DNA of 64,000 bases from Eledone cirrhosa (lineage: Eukaryota). The DNA lies in the NCBI GenBank assembly GCA_964016885.1, contig OZ024754.1:12586001-12650000 (forward strand), in the 5' to 3' direction. The notes under the pieces were generated by a model. The model was given only the letters and a program-made list of their open reading frames with translations, made no database searches and was not told where the DNA came from. Each line of letters begins with the position of its first letter. Position 1 is the first letter of the stretch. A program made the translations under genes and the position numbers. Below, piece after piece: positions 13,216 through 25,728 of this stretch.

Positions 13216-13659
13216 GAAGCAAAGGTCATGAAAAAATAAAAGTCATGAAGACATTTTCCTTTTTCTTTTTTTTCTTTATTTCTCAACAAATTTGAATTGA
13301 ACCAACTGGGAGGGCATGGGGGGAGGGGAGGGGGGGGGGGTGCGTCTATATTGTAAAAGAATCATAACAGAATATAAAACCGTAATCAGACTCACAGATG
13401 AGAGAGAAATGCTAATTGGAGGTTGGCATAGAATAAAACTGTAGAAAATATCTTTAATGGGAAGAAATCAAGTGTGTATTTATTTGCTAGTGTTATCTAT
13501 CCAACTTAAGATTCTTCTACTTTATGCAAGAGCACCTCTTTAAGACTTTAGTTATTTGATTTGTTGCTATATAATCCAATTAGACAGTGTAGAATTCAAA
13601 CTCATTATTTATTCAAGTCTATCAGTCTGTATGTACATATATGTACATATATGCAAACA

Positions 13660-14390
13660 TAAAACACATGTACCATATACATATACACATGAACATACAT
13701 ATATACATGCACATATATGCACATATACATACACATATATATATGCACATATACATACACATATATATATATGCACATATACATACACATATATACATGC
13801 ACGTATGTATATATACATATATATATATGCATATATACATACACATATATATATATATGCACATATACATACACATATATACATGCATGTATGTATATGT
13901 ACATATATATATATATGCACATATACATACACATATATATATGCACATATACATACACATATATACATGCACATATGTATATGTACATATATATATATGC
14001 ACATATACATACACATATATACATGCATGTATGTATATGTACATATATATATGCACATATACATACACATATATATATATGCACATATACATACACATAT
14101 ATATATGCACATATACATACACATATATATATATGCACATATACATACACATATATACATGCACGTATGTATATGTACATATATATATGCACATATACAT
14201 ACACATATATATATGCACATATACATACACATATATATATGCACATATACATACACATATACATGCACATATACATACACATATATACATGCACGTATGT
14301 ATATGTTCATATATATATATATGCACATATACATACACATATATATATGCACATATACATACACACATATACATGCCCATATACATACAC
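13660..14390. repeat. (CA/TA)n compound array
   Basis: Direct inspection. Confidence 0.95.
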
Positions 14391-15444
14391 TATGCAAATG
14401 TTGACAATGCCTTTGAGGTTACTCTGGTGATGACTTTGTCAGACTGTGAATGCTATAATCATAGATACCGGTTATATGCTTTGGAGCAAAGCACATAATA
14501 TCTATGACTACAGAACACACAGTCTGAGGAAGCTATCACAGGCAAAATGTTGAAACTAATATTAAATCTTTTATTGTAAAAAATCATTTTTATACTCTAC
14601 TTAAATGTATTAAGAGCTTTCAATTGATATTTGGTTGTTTTATGTATAGCTATACATAAAACATACAATAATACATATATCGTTTTATGATGGTTTCTTC
14701 CATATATATATAAATTTCTGTGATTCTGTCACAACTCGTAAAAAAAGAGGAGTATTTTGACTATCTCATACTACTCCTCTCTCTGCTGCATGTGAGAATG
14801 TATGTGTGTGTAAAAGAAAGGAAAAAAGAAGGGGATGATGAAAAAACTACACTATGTATCTGTGTGTTTGTGTAAATGTATGTGTGTGTGTGTGTGTTTG
14901 TATGAATGTGTGTGTATTAGTGTGAATGCGTGTGTATTAGTGTGAATGTTTGTGTATTTGTGTGAATGTATGTGTATTAATGTGTGTGTGTGTGTGAATC
15001 TGTGTATTTGTGTGAATGCATGTGTGAATCTATGTGTATTTGTGTGAATGTATGTGTATTAATGTGTGTGTGAATCTATGTGTATTTGTGTGAATGTATG
15101 TGTATTAATGTGTGTGTGTGTGTGAATGTATGTGTATTTGTGTGAATGTATGTGTTTGTGTAAATGTATGTGTGTGTATTTGTGTGAATGTATGTCTGTG
15201 TGTATTTTTGTAAGTGTGTCTGTGTTTACATGTTTATATTTATATACTCATACATATAAATGTATGCTCACACATATACACACACATACACATATACACC
15301 ATATACATATATACGACAGTGTATGGAAAAAAACATTCTAGTATATATAAATACAGATTATTAAGGTTGATCCAGTAGCCTGTTCCTATGGAGTTTCCTC
15401 AACACACCTCTTATTCCTCATGCAGATAAACACTGAATAAGTAG

Positions 15445-16042
15445 AAACAATGGTTTCTGATTTAGGCACAAGGCCAGCAATTTGGGGCAAGTCGATTAAG
15501 TCGACCCCAGTATATTACTGGTGCTTTATTTTATCGACCCCGTAAGGATGAAAGGCAAAGTTAACCTCGGCGGGATTTGAACTCAGAATGGCAAGGGCCG
15601 TAACTCTATGCTGCAAAGCATGGTGTCCAACCCTCTACCGATACTGCCAATCCGTCACCCTTTTTGTTTCTACTTTAGGCACCAGGGCAGCAATTACCCA
15701 GTGCATTACTGGTACTTTATTTTATCGACCCCGTAAGGATGAAAGGCAAAGTTATCCTCGGCGGGATTTGAACTCAGAACGTAAAGGGCCATAACTCTAT
15801 GCTGCAAAGCATGGTGTCTGACCCTCTACTGATACTGCCAATACGTCACCCTTTTTGTTTCTACTTTAGGCACCAGGCCAGCAATTACCCAGTGTATTAC
15901 TGGTACTTTATTTTATCGACCCCGTAAGGATGAAAGGCAAAGTCAACCTCGGCGGGATTTGAACTCAGATCGTAAAGGGACGTAACTCTATGCTGGAAAG
16001 CATGGCATCCGACCCTCTACCGATACTGCCAATCCACCGCCC
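15445..16042 (-). mobile_element. Three tandem SINE-A copies
   Basis: Three reverse-complement units of ~190-200 bp. Confidence 0.88.
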
Positions 16043-16148
16043 TTTAGTAGAAACATAACGATCTTTGGAAGGCCAAGAAACCATGGTGACCAAACTCGAT
16101 TGCGTATCTCCTTGATGAATAAATACCACCATATTACATTGACAGTCA

Positions 16149-16197
16149 GCTTCCTGATGATTTCTCCCAAATGAAACAGTTCTAGTCCTGTAGAAGC
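16149..16197 (+). ncRNA. Type-I hammerhead ribozyme candidate
   Basis: gcttc-CTGATGA-tttctcccaaat-GAAA-cag[ttctagtc]ctg-TA-gaagc. Stems I and III are perfect, stem II is weak. Confidence 0.65.
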
Positions 16198-16285
16198 CAT
16201 TTCTATATTAAATATTTATACTCTGCTATGTATTGAGTACCTTACTTACTGTGGTTACCCTCGATTGAACCTGGGATAAACTTAT

Positions 16286-16342
<57 letters not shown>

Positions 16343-16507
16343 AGGGAGTGTAACTTGGAGTTACTGCCGATTATTGAGTCAGGTAAGATCGATACAGATC
16401 GAACCTTGAGCTGACCAGCGAGGAAACGCGTGTCACCAACCAATAAATGTAATGAAGGAGTAACCAATCGTCCTTGTTATTCTTTCAATATATATATATA
16501 TATATAT

Positions 16508-16837
16508 GGAGGCACATGGCTTAGGGGTTAGAGCATTGGCCTTGCAATCGAAAGGTTGTGAGTTCAATTCTCAGACCGGGTGATGTGTTGTTTCCTTGAG
16601 CAAGACACTTTATTTCACATTGCTCCAGTTTACTCAGCTGTAGAAATGAGATGATAGGGACTGGGGTCCATATCATTCAACTGCAAAGTGGTCGTGGAGG
16701 TGCCACGGCAAAAAAGCACCCAGCACTCACTGTAAATGAGGTTGGTGTTAGGAAAGGCATCCAGCTGTAGAAATAAAGCCAGAATCAGTTCCCGTCCCAC
16801 CTTTGCAAGCAGGGAAAAGCGGACATAAAATGATGAT
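16508..16837 (+). mobile_element. SINE-B, full length
   Basis: Family match. Confidence 0.9.
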
Positions 16838-17154
16838 AATAATATGTTTCCAATTCACCTTGTAAGGTGGTCGTGTTGGTGACATGACAAAATGCACCCA
16901 GTCCACCCTATAAGGTGGTCGTTTCAGTGCCACAATAAAAAGCACCTAGTCCACACTGTAACGTAGTTGGTGTTAGGAAAGCTGTAGAAACCAAGCCAAA
17001 ATACAGATCCATATGAGCATAATGTGGTCTCTGGACCTGACTTGTTTCATAACATGACAGCCTGTCTAACCCATTCAAGCATGAAAATGGACGTTAAACG
17101 ATGATGATGATGATGATGTTGATCACACTCACACACAAACACGTATATATATAT

Positions 17155-17912
17155 CATCATCATCATCATCATCATCACTGCTTTACGTCCATTCTTTCAC
17201 GCTAGCATGGGTAAGACGGGTTATCCTGTTGTGGGCAGTGTCCGGTCGGCTGACCATGTCTTGCTCATATGGGAACTAATTCTGGTTTGATTTCTACAGT
17301 TGGATGTCCTTCCTAACACCAACCTCATTTACAGTGAGTGCTAGGTGCTTTTTTTCTGTGGCACCTACACGTCCACTTTACAGTGTGGGCTGGGTGCTTT
17401 TTTGCAATGGCACTACCACGACGACTTTTCAGTGTGAGGGGGAGGAGGCATATTGTCTATATGCTTCAGGCTCGGCTTGTACCCGTGGGAAGTCGGGTCT
17501 TCTGTATTACTGCGTGATGCCAGAGGTCACGGTCCTGTGTCATTGCCCTTGAGAGGTGCAATTGGGTAAGGTCGGCTTTTATCACCTCAACCCAGGTCTT
17601 CTTGGGTCTCCCGACTCCGCGGTTTCCATCGACTTCTAGTGCTCTGCACCTTTTTATGCAGCTGTCATCCTTCATATGCATCACATGTCCATACCAATGC
17701 AACCTCCTTTCCTGTACACAGCATTTGATTCCTCTTATGCTCAGTCTCTCTCTCAATTCATTTATACTTTGCTGTTCGCATATATTACTATTACACATCC
17801 ATCGGAGCATGCAAGCTTCGTTTCTTTCTAATCTATGCAAGTCTTCTACAGACAGCGCCCAGGTCTCACCACGATGTAACATTCGTATACACGCATCATA
17901 CAGTCTGCCTTT
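17155..17912 (-). mobile_element. RTE LINE 3' fragment with a SINE-like 3' UTR and (GAT)n tail
   Basis: ORF LHRGETWAL...ERRLHWYGHVMHM...GRPKKTWVEVIKADL runs into a ~300-bp tail that shares the SINE-B body. Confidence 0.85.
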
Positions 17913-17914
17913 CA

Positions 17915-18176
17915 AGGACCCCGACAGCTGAGCTCTGGCTGTATCGACAGCTAGATCCAAACACATAACACACCATAGTACTCGATACTTGGGGTAGTAG
18001 GGTGGGTAATATGAAAAGATTCAGGATCTCGACGGCATTCGGGTCTAGCTGTCGCAATGACAGAAGCTCAGCTGTCGGGGTCCTGAATCTTTTCATATTA
18101 CCCCCTCTACTACCCCAAGTATTGAGTACGCTGGTGCATTATGGTCCACCTGGTATCTTGCCACACTCTCTTTGTA
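17915..18176. mobile_element. Diverged, doubly rearranged member of the hairpin family
   Basis: Shares gtactcgatacttggggtagtag and ggaccccgac.gctgagct with copies A-C and contains two overlapping inverted-repeat pairs. Confidence 0.6.
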
Positions 18177-18180
18177 CATA

Positions 18181-19246
18181 TCTACTATATAAATTGGAAG
18201 TGGTCGGACGTTGTTTATTTAAGTAAGTAGGTGTAGTCGGATAAACGTCGAAACGGCTTGGTGGAATGCAGCGAAAATTTACACAGTTATGCAGAATGAC
18301 CCGAGGAGGCGTTGAGTCGACTTTCAAGCTACAAGCTTCCATGGTTACGGAGAAAATCGACGAAACAGCAATTTCCCATTCAAATTGAATTGAGAGTAAT
18401 CTGTGAATGCAGAAGTAAATATTTCGAGAAACGTTGCAACCGAACGAAAACAGGACGATGATATTTTGGTTCGTGAAGACGTTCTCTGGCAATGAACGGG
18501 GAAAAAAGCGAGGATAATACGTCGTTATGTGGAGCGATAAGAACAATTTCATGCAAAGACAAGACCAAGTTTATGGTATAAATGGAGTCGTTAGACTAAT
18601 ATTCTATTTAAAATACCAGAATGATTTCCAGCCCCGGAGTTTAAGAATGATGTAAATAAAATTGAAAACGAAAATGACAGAGGTTATTAAAATAGTAAAA
18701 GTAAATAGTGAAGATTTAGGCCAGTACATACGTATGCCCCGACGGACATACACATACATACGCACACACAAATACATACGCCCCCCCCCTCCTCACACAC
18801 ACACTAACGCACGCGCGTATGTATAAACCTTATGCATTTCTACAGTATTTTCACCAAACTTAAGACATAGGTTACTTATGTACTCCGGATGGTCATGGGC
18901 ACTGTCATTTTTCGAGATATTTAGTATAGGGCCCCCCTTTAACCACTTTAACCACTTCCTTGGACTGAAGCACTGCAGTGCAATGCAACAAAACGTCATA
19001 ACTTCTGGAGTTCGCAACTGATTTTCACAAAACTTGACACATGGGCTACGTTTGTTCTACAAATGAATGTAAACTCTCAGAATTGGCACATATTGAGTAG
19101 GGGACCTCTGGGGGGCAGAAACCCCCTTTTGGAAAAAGCCAATGATTTTGTAAAAGTATAATTTTCGAAGCAGCACTGAAGTATTGACATAAATGGTATA
19201 CACAACTGCTATTTTATACCCGAGCAACGCCGGGTACCTCTGCTAG
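18181..19246 (+). mobile_element. Non-autonomous Helitron (1066 bp)
   Basis: Starts a|TCTACTATATAAA and ends with the hairpin cccgagc-aac-gccggg followed by CTAG|t. Inserted between A and T, with no TSD and no RepHel ORF. Confidence 0.85.
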
Positions 19247-20807
19247 TATATATATAAAATTGAACTAAGAAGACTGTTGAGCCCTCATATATACACTAAC
19301 ACAAATAATGAGAGAGAGAACATTATATATATATATATATTTATATAAATATATAATGAAATATATATATAAATATATACTGAAAAAAAAAAATATATAT
19401 ATACTGAAATATATATATATATAAATGTATACTGAAATATATATATATTTCAGTATATGCAATAGTTAAAAGGGGCAATTAATATTCTTTCATGTAACAT
19501 CAAATCTGGTAACAGTGAAGTAACAAGATATTTTGGGGAGTTTCTTCATCCTTTGATCTGTTTTTTTTATTTTTTTATTCTTAGTGTTTTCACACTTGTT
19601 TGTGTTTGTCACTGTCTGTGTTTATATACTTCTTTCTCTGTCTTATTCTCTCCTCCGCCTCTGTCTTAAACACACACACAACACACACACAACACACCTA
19701 CGTAGAAATATATTTATTGAAATATGTAAATGTTTATATCATCATCATCATCATTTTTCAAACTCCAGAGCTGCTTTGCCTGATTTTCTCAATACACACA
19801 CACACACACACACACATATATTTATATATATACATATCATCATCATCATCATCACCATTTTATGTTCATTTTTCCATGCTAGCATGGCTTAGATGACATC
19901 GTAGAGGCCCTATAGTGACATATGGCAAGTCTTGGGCATTTAAAACTTGGTAAAGACAATCCCTCAACAGGTTTGAACATAACTGATTTCTTCCAGAAAA
20001 GGAAAGAGAGAGGGGTGAAGTGAGAGAGAGAGAGAGGGGTGAAGTAAGAAAGAGATATAGAAGAAGACTGCATGGATACTTTTTTTTTTTATCAACCTTG
20101 AAAGGATGAAAGGCAAAGTTGACCTTGGCAGGATTTGAACTCAGAACATAAAAATCCTGAATGAATATTGTGAAGCATTCTATCCAACATTCTAATGACT
20201 GCCAATTCACTGCCATTCGAAATAAATATAAATATATAAAAATAAATCTTTGAATTACAGAACCAATGAAGGATTCAGGCAGTTTATTTTCAAATGAGTT
20301 AAATGAAACGATTAAATGCATGAAATAGAAAGCCGCTCTTGTTTCAATTGCTGCAATTTAGAAGGAGCTGTATTTCATACAAATTTGGATGTTGGTTTCT
20401 TGTCAAGATAGGAAGAAGAATGTAGAGTGTCACAGAATTTAATCTATTTTCTTAATTTACTCTAATTTATATATCATTAACTAGGGGATTTATCTAATTT
20501 ATACATTTTTCACTAAGGAATTTACTTGCAGTCATTTTATCAATTGGAAAAAATATATCTTTGATCTGAGGCTTGTTTAATTAAATGGAGTTATTTGAAG
20601 AAAATTTTAATCTTACCTGTGCCAGGTAATTAGATATTAACTGTTGCAAGATGCCTGAATCAATTATCTATAATGTTTGCCTGTTAGTGAAGTGAAAGCC
20701 ACAATTATACATATCACTTGAGGAGTTTAACTCCCTATTGTCACAGACTTCTCTTATCTTGATTATGAGATAACAGCCATGAAGAAGGGATTTAGACAAA
20801 GATACAT

Positions 20808-21155
20808 GGAGGCACATGGCTTAGTGGTTAGAGCATTGGCCTTGCAATCGAAGGGTTGTGAGTTCAAATCTCAGACCGGGTGATGTGTTGTTTCCTTGAA
20901 CAAGACACTTTATTTCACATTGCTCCATTTTACTCAGCTGTAGAAATGAGATGATAGGGACTGGGGTCCATATCATTCCACTGTAAAGTGATCATGGAGG
21001 TGTCATGGGAAAAAAGCACCCAGCACTCACTGTAAATGAGGTTGGTGTTAGGAAGGGCATCCAGCTGTAGAAATCGAGCCAGAATCAGTTCCCGTCCCAC
21101 CCTTGCAAGCAGGGAAAAGCGGACGCAAAATGATGATGATGATGATGATGATGAT
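20808..21155 (+). mobile_element. SINE-B, full length
   Basis: Family match. Confidence 0.9.
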
Positions 21156-21799
21156 ACTAATTAGCAGCGGTTATTTCACATGAAATTGGTCAGTTTGTGA
21201 TGGAATTTAAATACTACTTTTCAAAGAGTTCTGTTCTGTAACAGTGAGTGAGGTCTGGACAATAACAGAAACATTAACAGCAGATAGATATGCTGGTCAT
21301 TACTCTCAACTTTACAATTTACACTTGGAGTTCCAGAGAAATTAAATATTGAACAATTAATTGCAAGTGTGTATAGACTTGCTCAGCTGGTATAATTCTA
21401 TGTTCAAAATAATCAATATATATTAGACATGGTTTGAAAAAAAACTAAACTAAAAAAAAAACAAATAAATTAACACAAAAAACAAACAAACAAAAACAAT
21501 AAAACCGACCACATTTCTGAATCACAAAACTAAAGCTACAAATCGTTAGTGTTTTGGGGAAGTTTTGTGAAAGAGTTACATTTCCAATATTAATGAGATA
21601 CTGGGCAGATGCAATATTAGTTTTAGTGAAGCAGACGACCTTACCATGTAGATTAGATCAGAGTGGAATATGCAGAGACAACATCTCTTGTGTTGTGGGG
21701 ACTAACACTTATGAAAACAGAAGATGTCAAAGAAGAACATCATCTCTACATCCTTTTTGCTTGAAAGAAGAAAAAGTTGATTTCTTCAAGAATATATAT

Positions 21800-22237
21800 A
21801 TCATCATCATCATCACCGTTTTACGTCCATTCTTCCACGCTAGCATGGGTTAGACGGATTCCTGTTGTGGGCAGTGTCCAGTTGGCTGACCTTGTCTTGC
21901 TCATACAGGAACTGATTCTGGCTTGATTTCTACAGCTGGATGCCCTTCCTAACACCAACCTCATTTACAGTGAGTGCTGGGTGCTTTTTTCCATGGCACC
22001 TACACGACCACTTTACAGTGTGGGCTGGGGGCTTTTTTGCCGTGGCACCTCCACGACCACTTTGCAGTGGAATGATAGGGACCCCAGTCTCTATCTCATT
22101 TCTAGAACTGAGTAAACTGGAGAAATGTGAAACAAAGTGTCTTGCTCAAGGAAACAACACATCACCCGGTCTGAGAATTGAACTCACAACCTTTCGATTG
22201 CAAGCCCAATGCTCTAACCACTAAGCCATGTGCCTCC
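21800..22237 (-). mobile_element. SINE-B variant with an internal duplication and alternative tail
   Basis: SINE-B head, but the tail matches the 17155/35433 composite. Confidence 0.85.
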
Positions 22238-23057
22238 ATATATATATATTATTTATGTAATAAACAACACAATATAATTATTCACAAAGTTAGAGGATTA
22301 GAGAATTGTCTAACTTTGTGAAACCTTGGGAAATGGAATAATTATATTGCGTTGTTTATTACATAATTAAATAGCTCTGTACAATACATAGAGCACTCTC
22401 CTTTCATTTACCTTTTCCACGGAAATACTTAACACACACATATATATATCATCATCACCGTTTTACGTCCGTTCTTCCACGCTAGCATGTATATATATAT
22501 ATATATATATCATCATCATCATCATCATCGTTTAACGTCTATCTTCCATGCTAGCATGGGTTAGACATGTATATATATATACATAAATATGCATATATAT
22601 ATATATATATATTTATATACGGGATAACAGATTATTGTTATAGGTAGTCCACTTAGGTGTAGTCCAGTTAGGGTACTCCGAGTAGTGGATGGTATCAACG
22701 ATTGTCTAAGTATGACTCAACATGGCGTTTCCATAGTGATGCTGCGAGTACGCGGTGATTTCTATGTTGTTTACACTTGGAGTAATGATGAATCAAGAAA
22801 GAAGAGTGACACGGTTTGCTATACAAAGCTAGCTCTGATAAATTGACTGGTTATAACTATGTATTGGTGATCGACTGACGCAGAAACAGGCGGGTAGCGA
22901 TCTCTAGACCTACCAATTCAGAGAGACAATTGTCAGCAATGTGATTAAAGCCCTTTTTGTAAAGCAAACCGTGTCACTCTTCTTTCTTGATTTATATATA
23001 TATATATATATATATATATGCATATATATATATGCATATATATATATGCATATATAT

Positions 23058-23330
23058 ATCATCATTTCATTTTACGTCCGCTTTTTCCCTGCTTGCAAGG
23101 GTGGGACGGGAACTGATTCTGGCTTGATTTCTACAGCTGGATGCCCTTCCTAACACCAACCTCATTTACAGTGAGTGCTGGGTGCTTTTTTGCCATGGCA
23201 CCTCCACAACCACTTTACAGTGGAATGATATGGACCCCAGTCCCTATCATCTCATTTCTACAGCTGAGTAAACTGGAGCAATGTCAAATAAAGTGTCTTG
23301 CTCAAGGAAACAACACATCACCCGGTCTGA

Positions 23331-23333
<3 letters not shown>
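23058..23333 (-). mobile_element. SINE-B, 5' truncated
   Basis: Family match. Confidence 0.85.
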
Positions 23334-23370
<37 letters not shown>

Positions 23371-23377
23371 TCGTTTC

Positions 23378-24352
23378 TGAATTTGTTTAGCATTAACAAC
23401 CAAAAACAAATCCTCCATTCCCATTATACCAAACCCATGACTTCCAAACATCTGATCCACCGAAACTCGGCCATTTCGGACCATACCAAAATCAACATAC
23501 TGATTGCGGATTTGGTACGGGTGATGAGAAATTTGTCCCGCATGTGCAACCCCGAAGAACTAGAGAGACACATACAACACTTCATCCACCGTATGCAGTT
23601 CTCTGGCTACAATCAGAGAGATAGAATCAGAGTGTATAGAGGAGCCAGAACCAAGTGTAAATAATGACATAAAGAGGAGCCAGAACCAAGAGGTAAATAA
23701 TGACATAAATGGGACCTGCCCCTTGTACAGGAGCAAAGTTTGGAATAGAATAGAAAGAACTAGGAACAAGGCTAATAGAATAAACTCATGGTATGATAGC
23801 AATAAATACCAGAGAGTAATGTTCATCGATACAACCCCTAGAGGCGAACTAGCCTACAAATTTAGAAGGGCCCTAAATAAACATAAACTTAATATTAAGA
23901 TAGTAAAAAGACCAGGTACCTCCGTAAAAACACTTATTAGCAAGACATACCCTTTTCAAAGACCCTCATGTATAGATAAGAAATGTATAACCTGTAAAAT
24001 AAGCCCCCATATTAACTGTAAAACTAGAAATGTAGTGTATAGCATAAGATGTACTGAAGGACAATGTAGAAACAAAAATATAGTGTACATAGGTGAGACA
24101 GCTCGTAGTATAGGGGAACGGATAAATGAACACTGGCGAGACCTTCAAGATAATAAAGAATCATCTGTACTCTACCAACATGCTAAGATAGAACACAAGG
24201 GTAAAATAGAGAACATAGAAATAAAAATAGAATCTACACACAGAAAAGATGCAATGTTTAGACAAATTACAGAGGCAATAAACATAAAAGAATTACAACC
24301 AAAATTAAATAGAAAATATGAGTGGAACAGCAACATCACAACTTACAATTAA
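23378..24352 (+). pseudogene. Disrupted PLE RT/GIY-YIG reading frame
   Basis: The frame break coincides with a ~35-bp tandem duplication (gaggagccagaaccaag...taaataatgacataaa, 23639-23709). The GIY-YIG part is open to its stop at 24352. Confidence 0.8.
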
Positions 24353-24564
24353 GGACAAAATGAAAACACACACACACATAGAACAAACAACCAACCAATA
24401 ACATGTAAATAAATAAATAAATAAACAAATAGATAAATGAACATAAACACACACAGACACCCGGATGTGGCGCATGCGAAAACTGAGCACACAACACACA
24501 CACAGAAACAAAATGGCGTAGGACAGAACAAAGGAAAGGCACAGAAACAAAGAAAGGAATCCCC

Positions 24565-24609
24565 AGTCACTGAAGAGGTCACAGAATGTGTGACGAAAGG
24601 ACTATGACT
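24565..24609 (+). ncRNA. Minimal hammerhead ribozyme in the PLE 3' pseudo-LTR
   Basis: agtca-CTGAAGA-g-gtcaca[gaatg]tgtgac-GAAA-g ga c-TA-tgact. It has a one-nucleotide insertion after the core and lies ~210 bp downstream of the GIY-YIG stop. Confidence 0.75.
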
Positions 24610-24759
24610 ATATATAAACAACTATCTGGTTGTGGAACCAACCAACCAACCAGAAATTTATAAATTTATAAATTTGTAAATTTATAAATATATAATAAAT
24701 TGAAGTGAAAGCAACTGGTGCGTGTGTTTCTTATTGGCAACATGACCCTCCCAAAGTAT

Positions 24760-24806
<47 letters not shown>

Positions 24807-25356
24807 TGCTCTGAACTGAGGGCCATTGAGCTTCTTTGTTGAGAAACATGATTGTTACATATTTAACATGTATTGATATCTTAACAGACAGACAACCTTA
24901 GTAGACATAAGCAGCAATATCAGTCCACCATATACAATTGATAAAAACAAACATAACATGCAAAGCAGCATCATGAATCTGACATAAAGCTTTTCTTTGT
25001 ACAGTGGCTTGACATAATAGAAATAGCAGCTAAATCTGATATCAATTCCACACTACAGTCTTAGAATAAACAGAGCATGGTTCTTCATTTTTCACATCAA
25101 CTGAACATAACATACAGCTATTGCCTGCAAAAAGATAGGATCACCTCAATGCCTTATATGTCAGTTAGATTAAATTCAACTGGGTTTAAACGGCAATACC
25201 AGAGTATCATACACATGACATACACAACAAAGAGTTTACTTATTCAGGAGGTAAAGTTTCTCAATGGTATTGCTTCTTGTCAATGTAGCATACGATCACA
25301 GATAAAGATGTAAACATTGTAATGAAAGTTAATGAGAAATAAAAGAAATGACTTAC

Positions 25357-25470
25357 GTGAGCAAGAAAATCCGTCATTGTTAAGAGTGTATCCCCCATTA
25401 CAAGTGCACAAGTATCCGTGGTAGGATTGGATGCACTTTTGCTCGCAAGATGACAAGCTGTTGCAGGACC
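25357..25470 (-). CDS. Internal exon encoding one EGF-like domain (host gene unidentified)
   Basis: Minus strand reads tttttcttttcttctag|GGTCCTGC...TCTTGCTCAC|gtaagtc. It is 114 bp, phase 1-1, and translates as xSCNSLSSCEQKCIQSYHGYLCTCNGGYTLNNDGFSCS, with six Cys in EGF spacing and the C-x-C-x-x-G-Y-x-L-x-x-D-G-x-x-C motif. Confidence 0.9.
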
Positions 25471-25691
25471 CTAGAAGAAAAGAAAAAGAAACAATTAATA
25501 AAGCTGAATATAATTTACAGACTGTAATCATCATCATCATCATCGTTTAACGTCCATCTTCCACGCTTGCATGGGTTTGGACGGGAGTTTTCCCACTTGA
25601 GGCAAGAGTGGTTGTCTTGCTCGCATAGGACTGTCTGGCGGGTTTTCTATGGCTGGATGCCCTTCCTAACACCAACCACGTTTACAGTGTA

Positions 25692-25728
<37 letters not shown>

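Larger units (their letters stand above)
23370..24770 (+). mobile_element. 5'-truncated Penelope-like retroelement (Neptune-type): RT C-terminus, Cys linker, GIY-YIG endonuclease and 3' pseudo-LTR
   Basis: ORF 23281-23664 gives HYTKPMTSKHLIHRNSA...RMQFSGY (PLE RT thumb region). ORF 23723-24352 gives CxxxxCxxC...CKTRNVVYSIRC...YIGETARSIGERINEH (GIY-YIG). The element is flanked by (TA)n and has a hammerhead in its 3' region. Confidence 0.9.

Noticed and set aside
830-14498. Long His/Thr/Tyr/Ile- or Val/Cys/Met-rich ORFs (e.g. 830-2977, 9414-10377, 10447-11650, 13556-14498; likewise 31072-32172 and 43020-44241)
   Set aside because: Translations of di- and trinucleotide microsatellites that lack stops by composition and are open in several frames on both strands.
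16508-16580. tRNA-like sequences at SINE heads
   Set aside because: A/B boxes are present, but the heads run into SINE bodies and no complete cloverleaf is evident.
20617-20654. Possible micro-exon ending CAG|gtaaga on the minus strand
   Set aside because: The nearest acceptor is weak, and the better upstream acceptor gives stops in all three frames.
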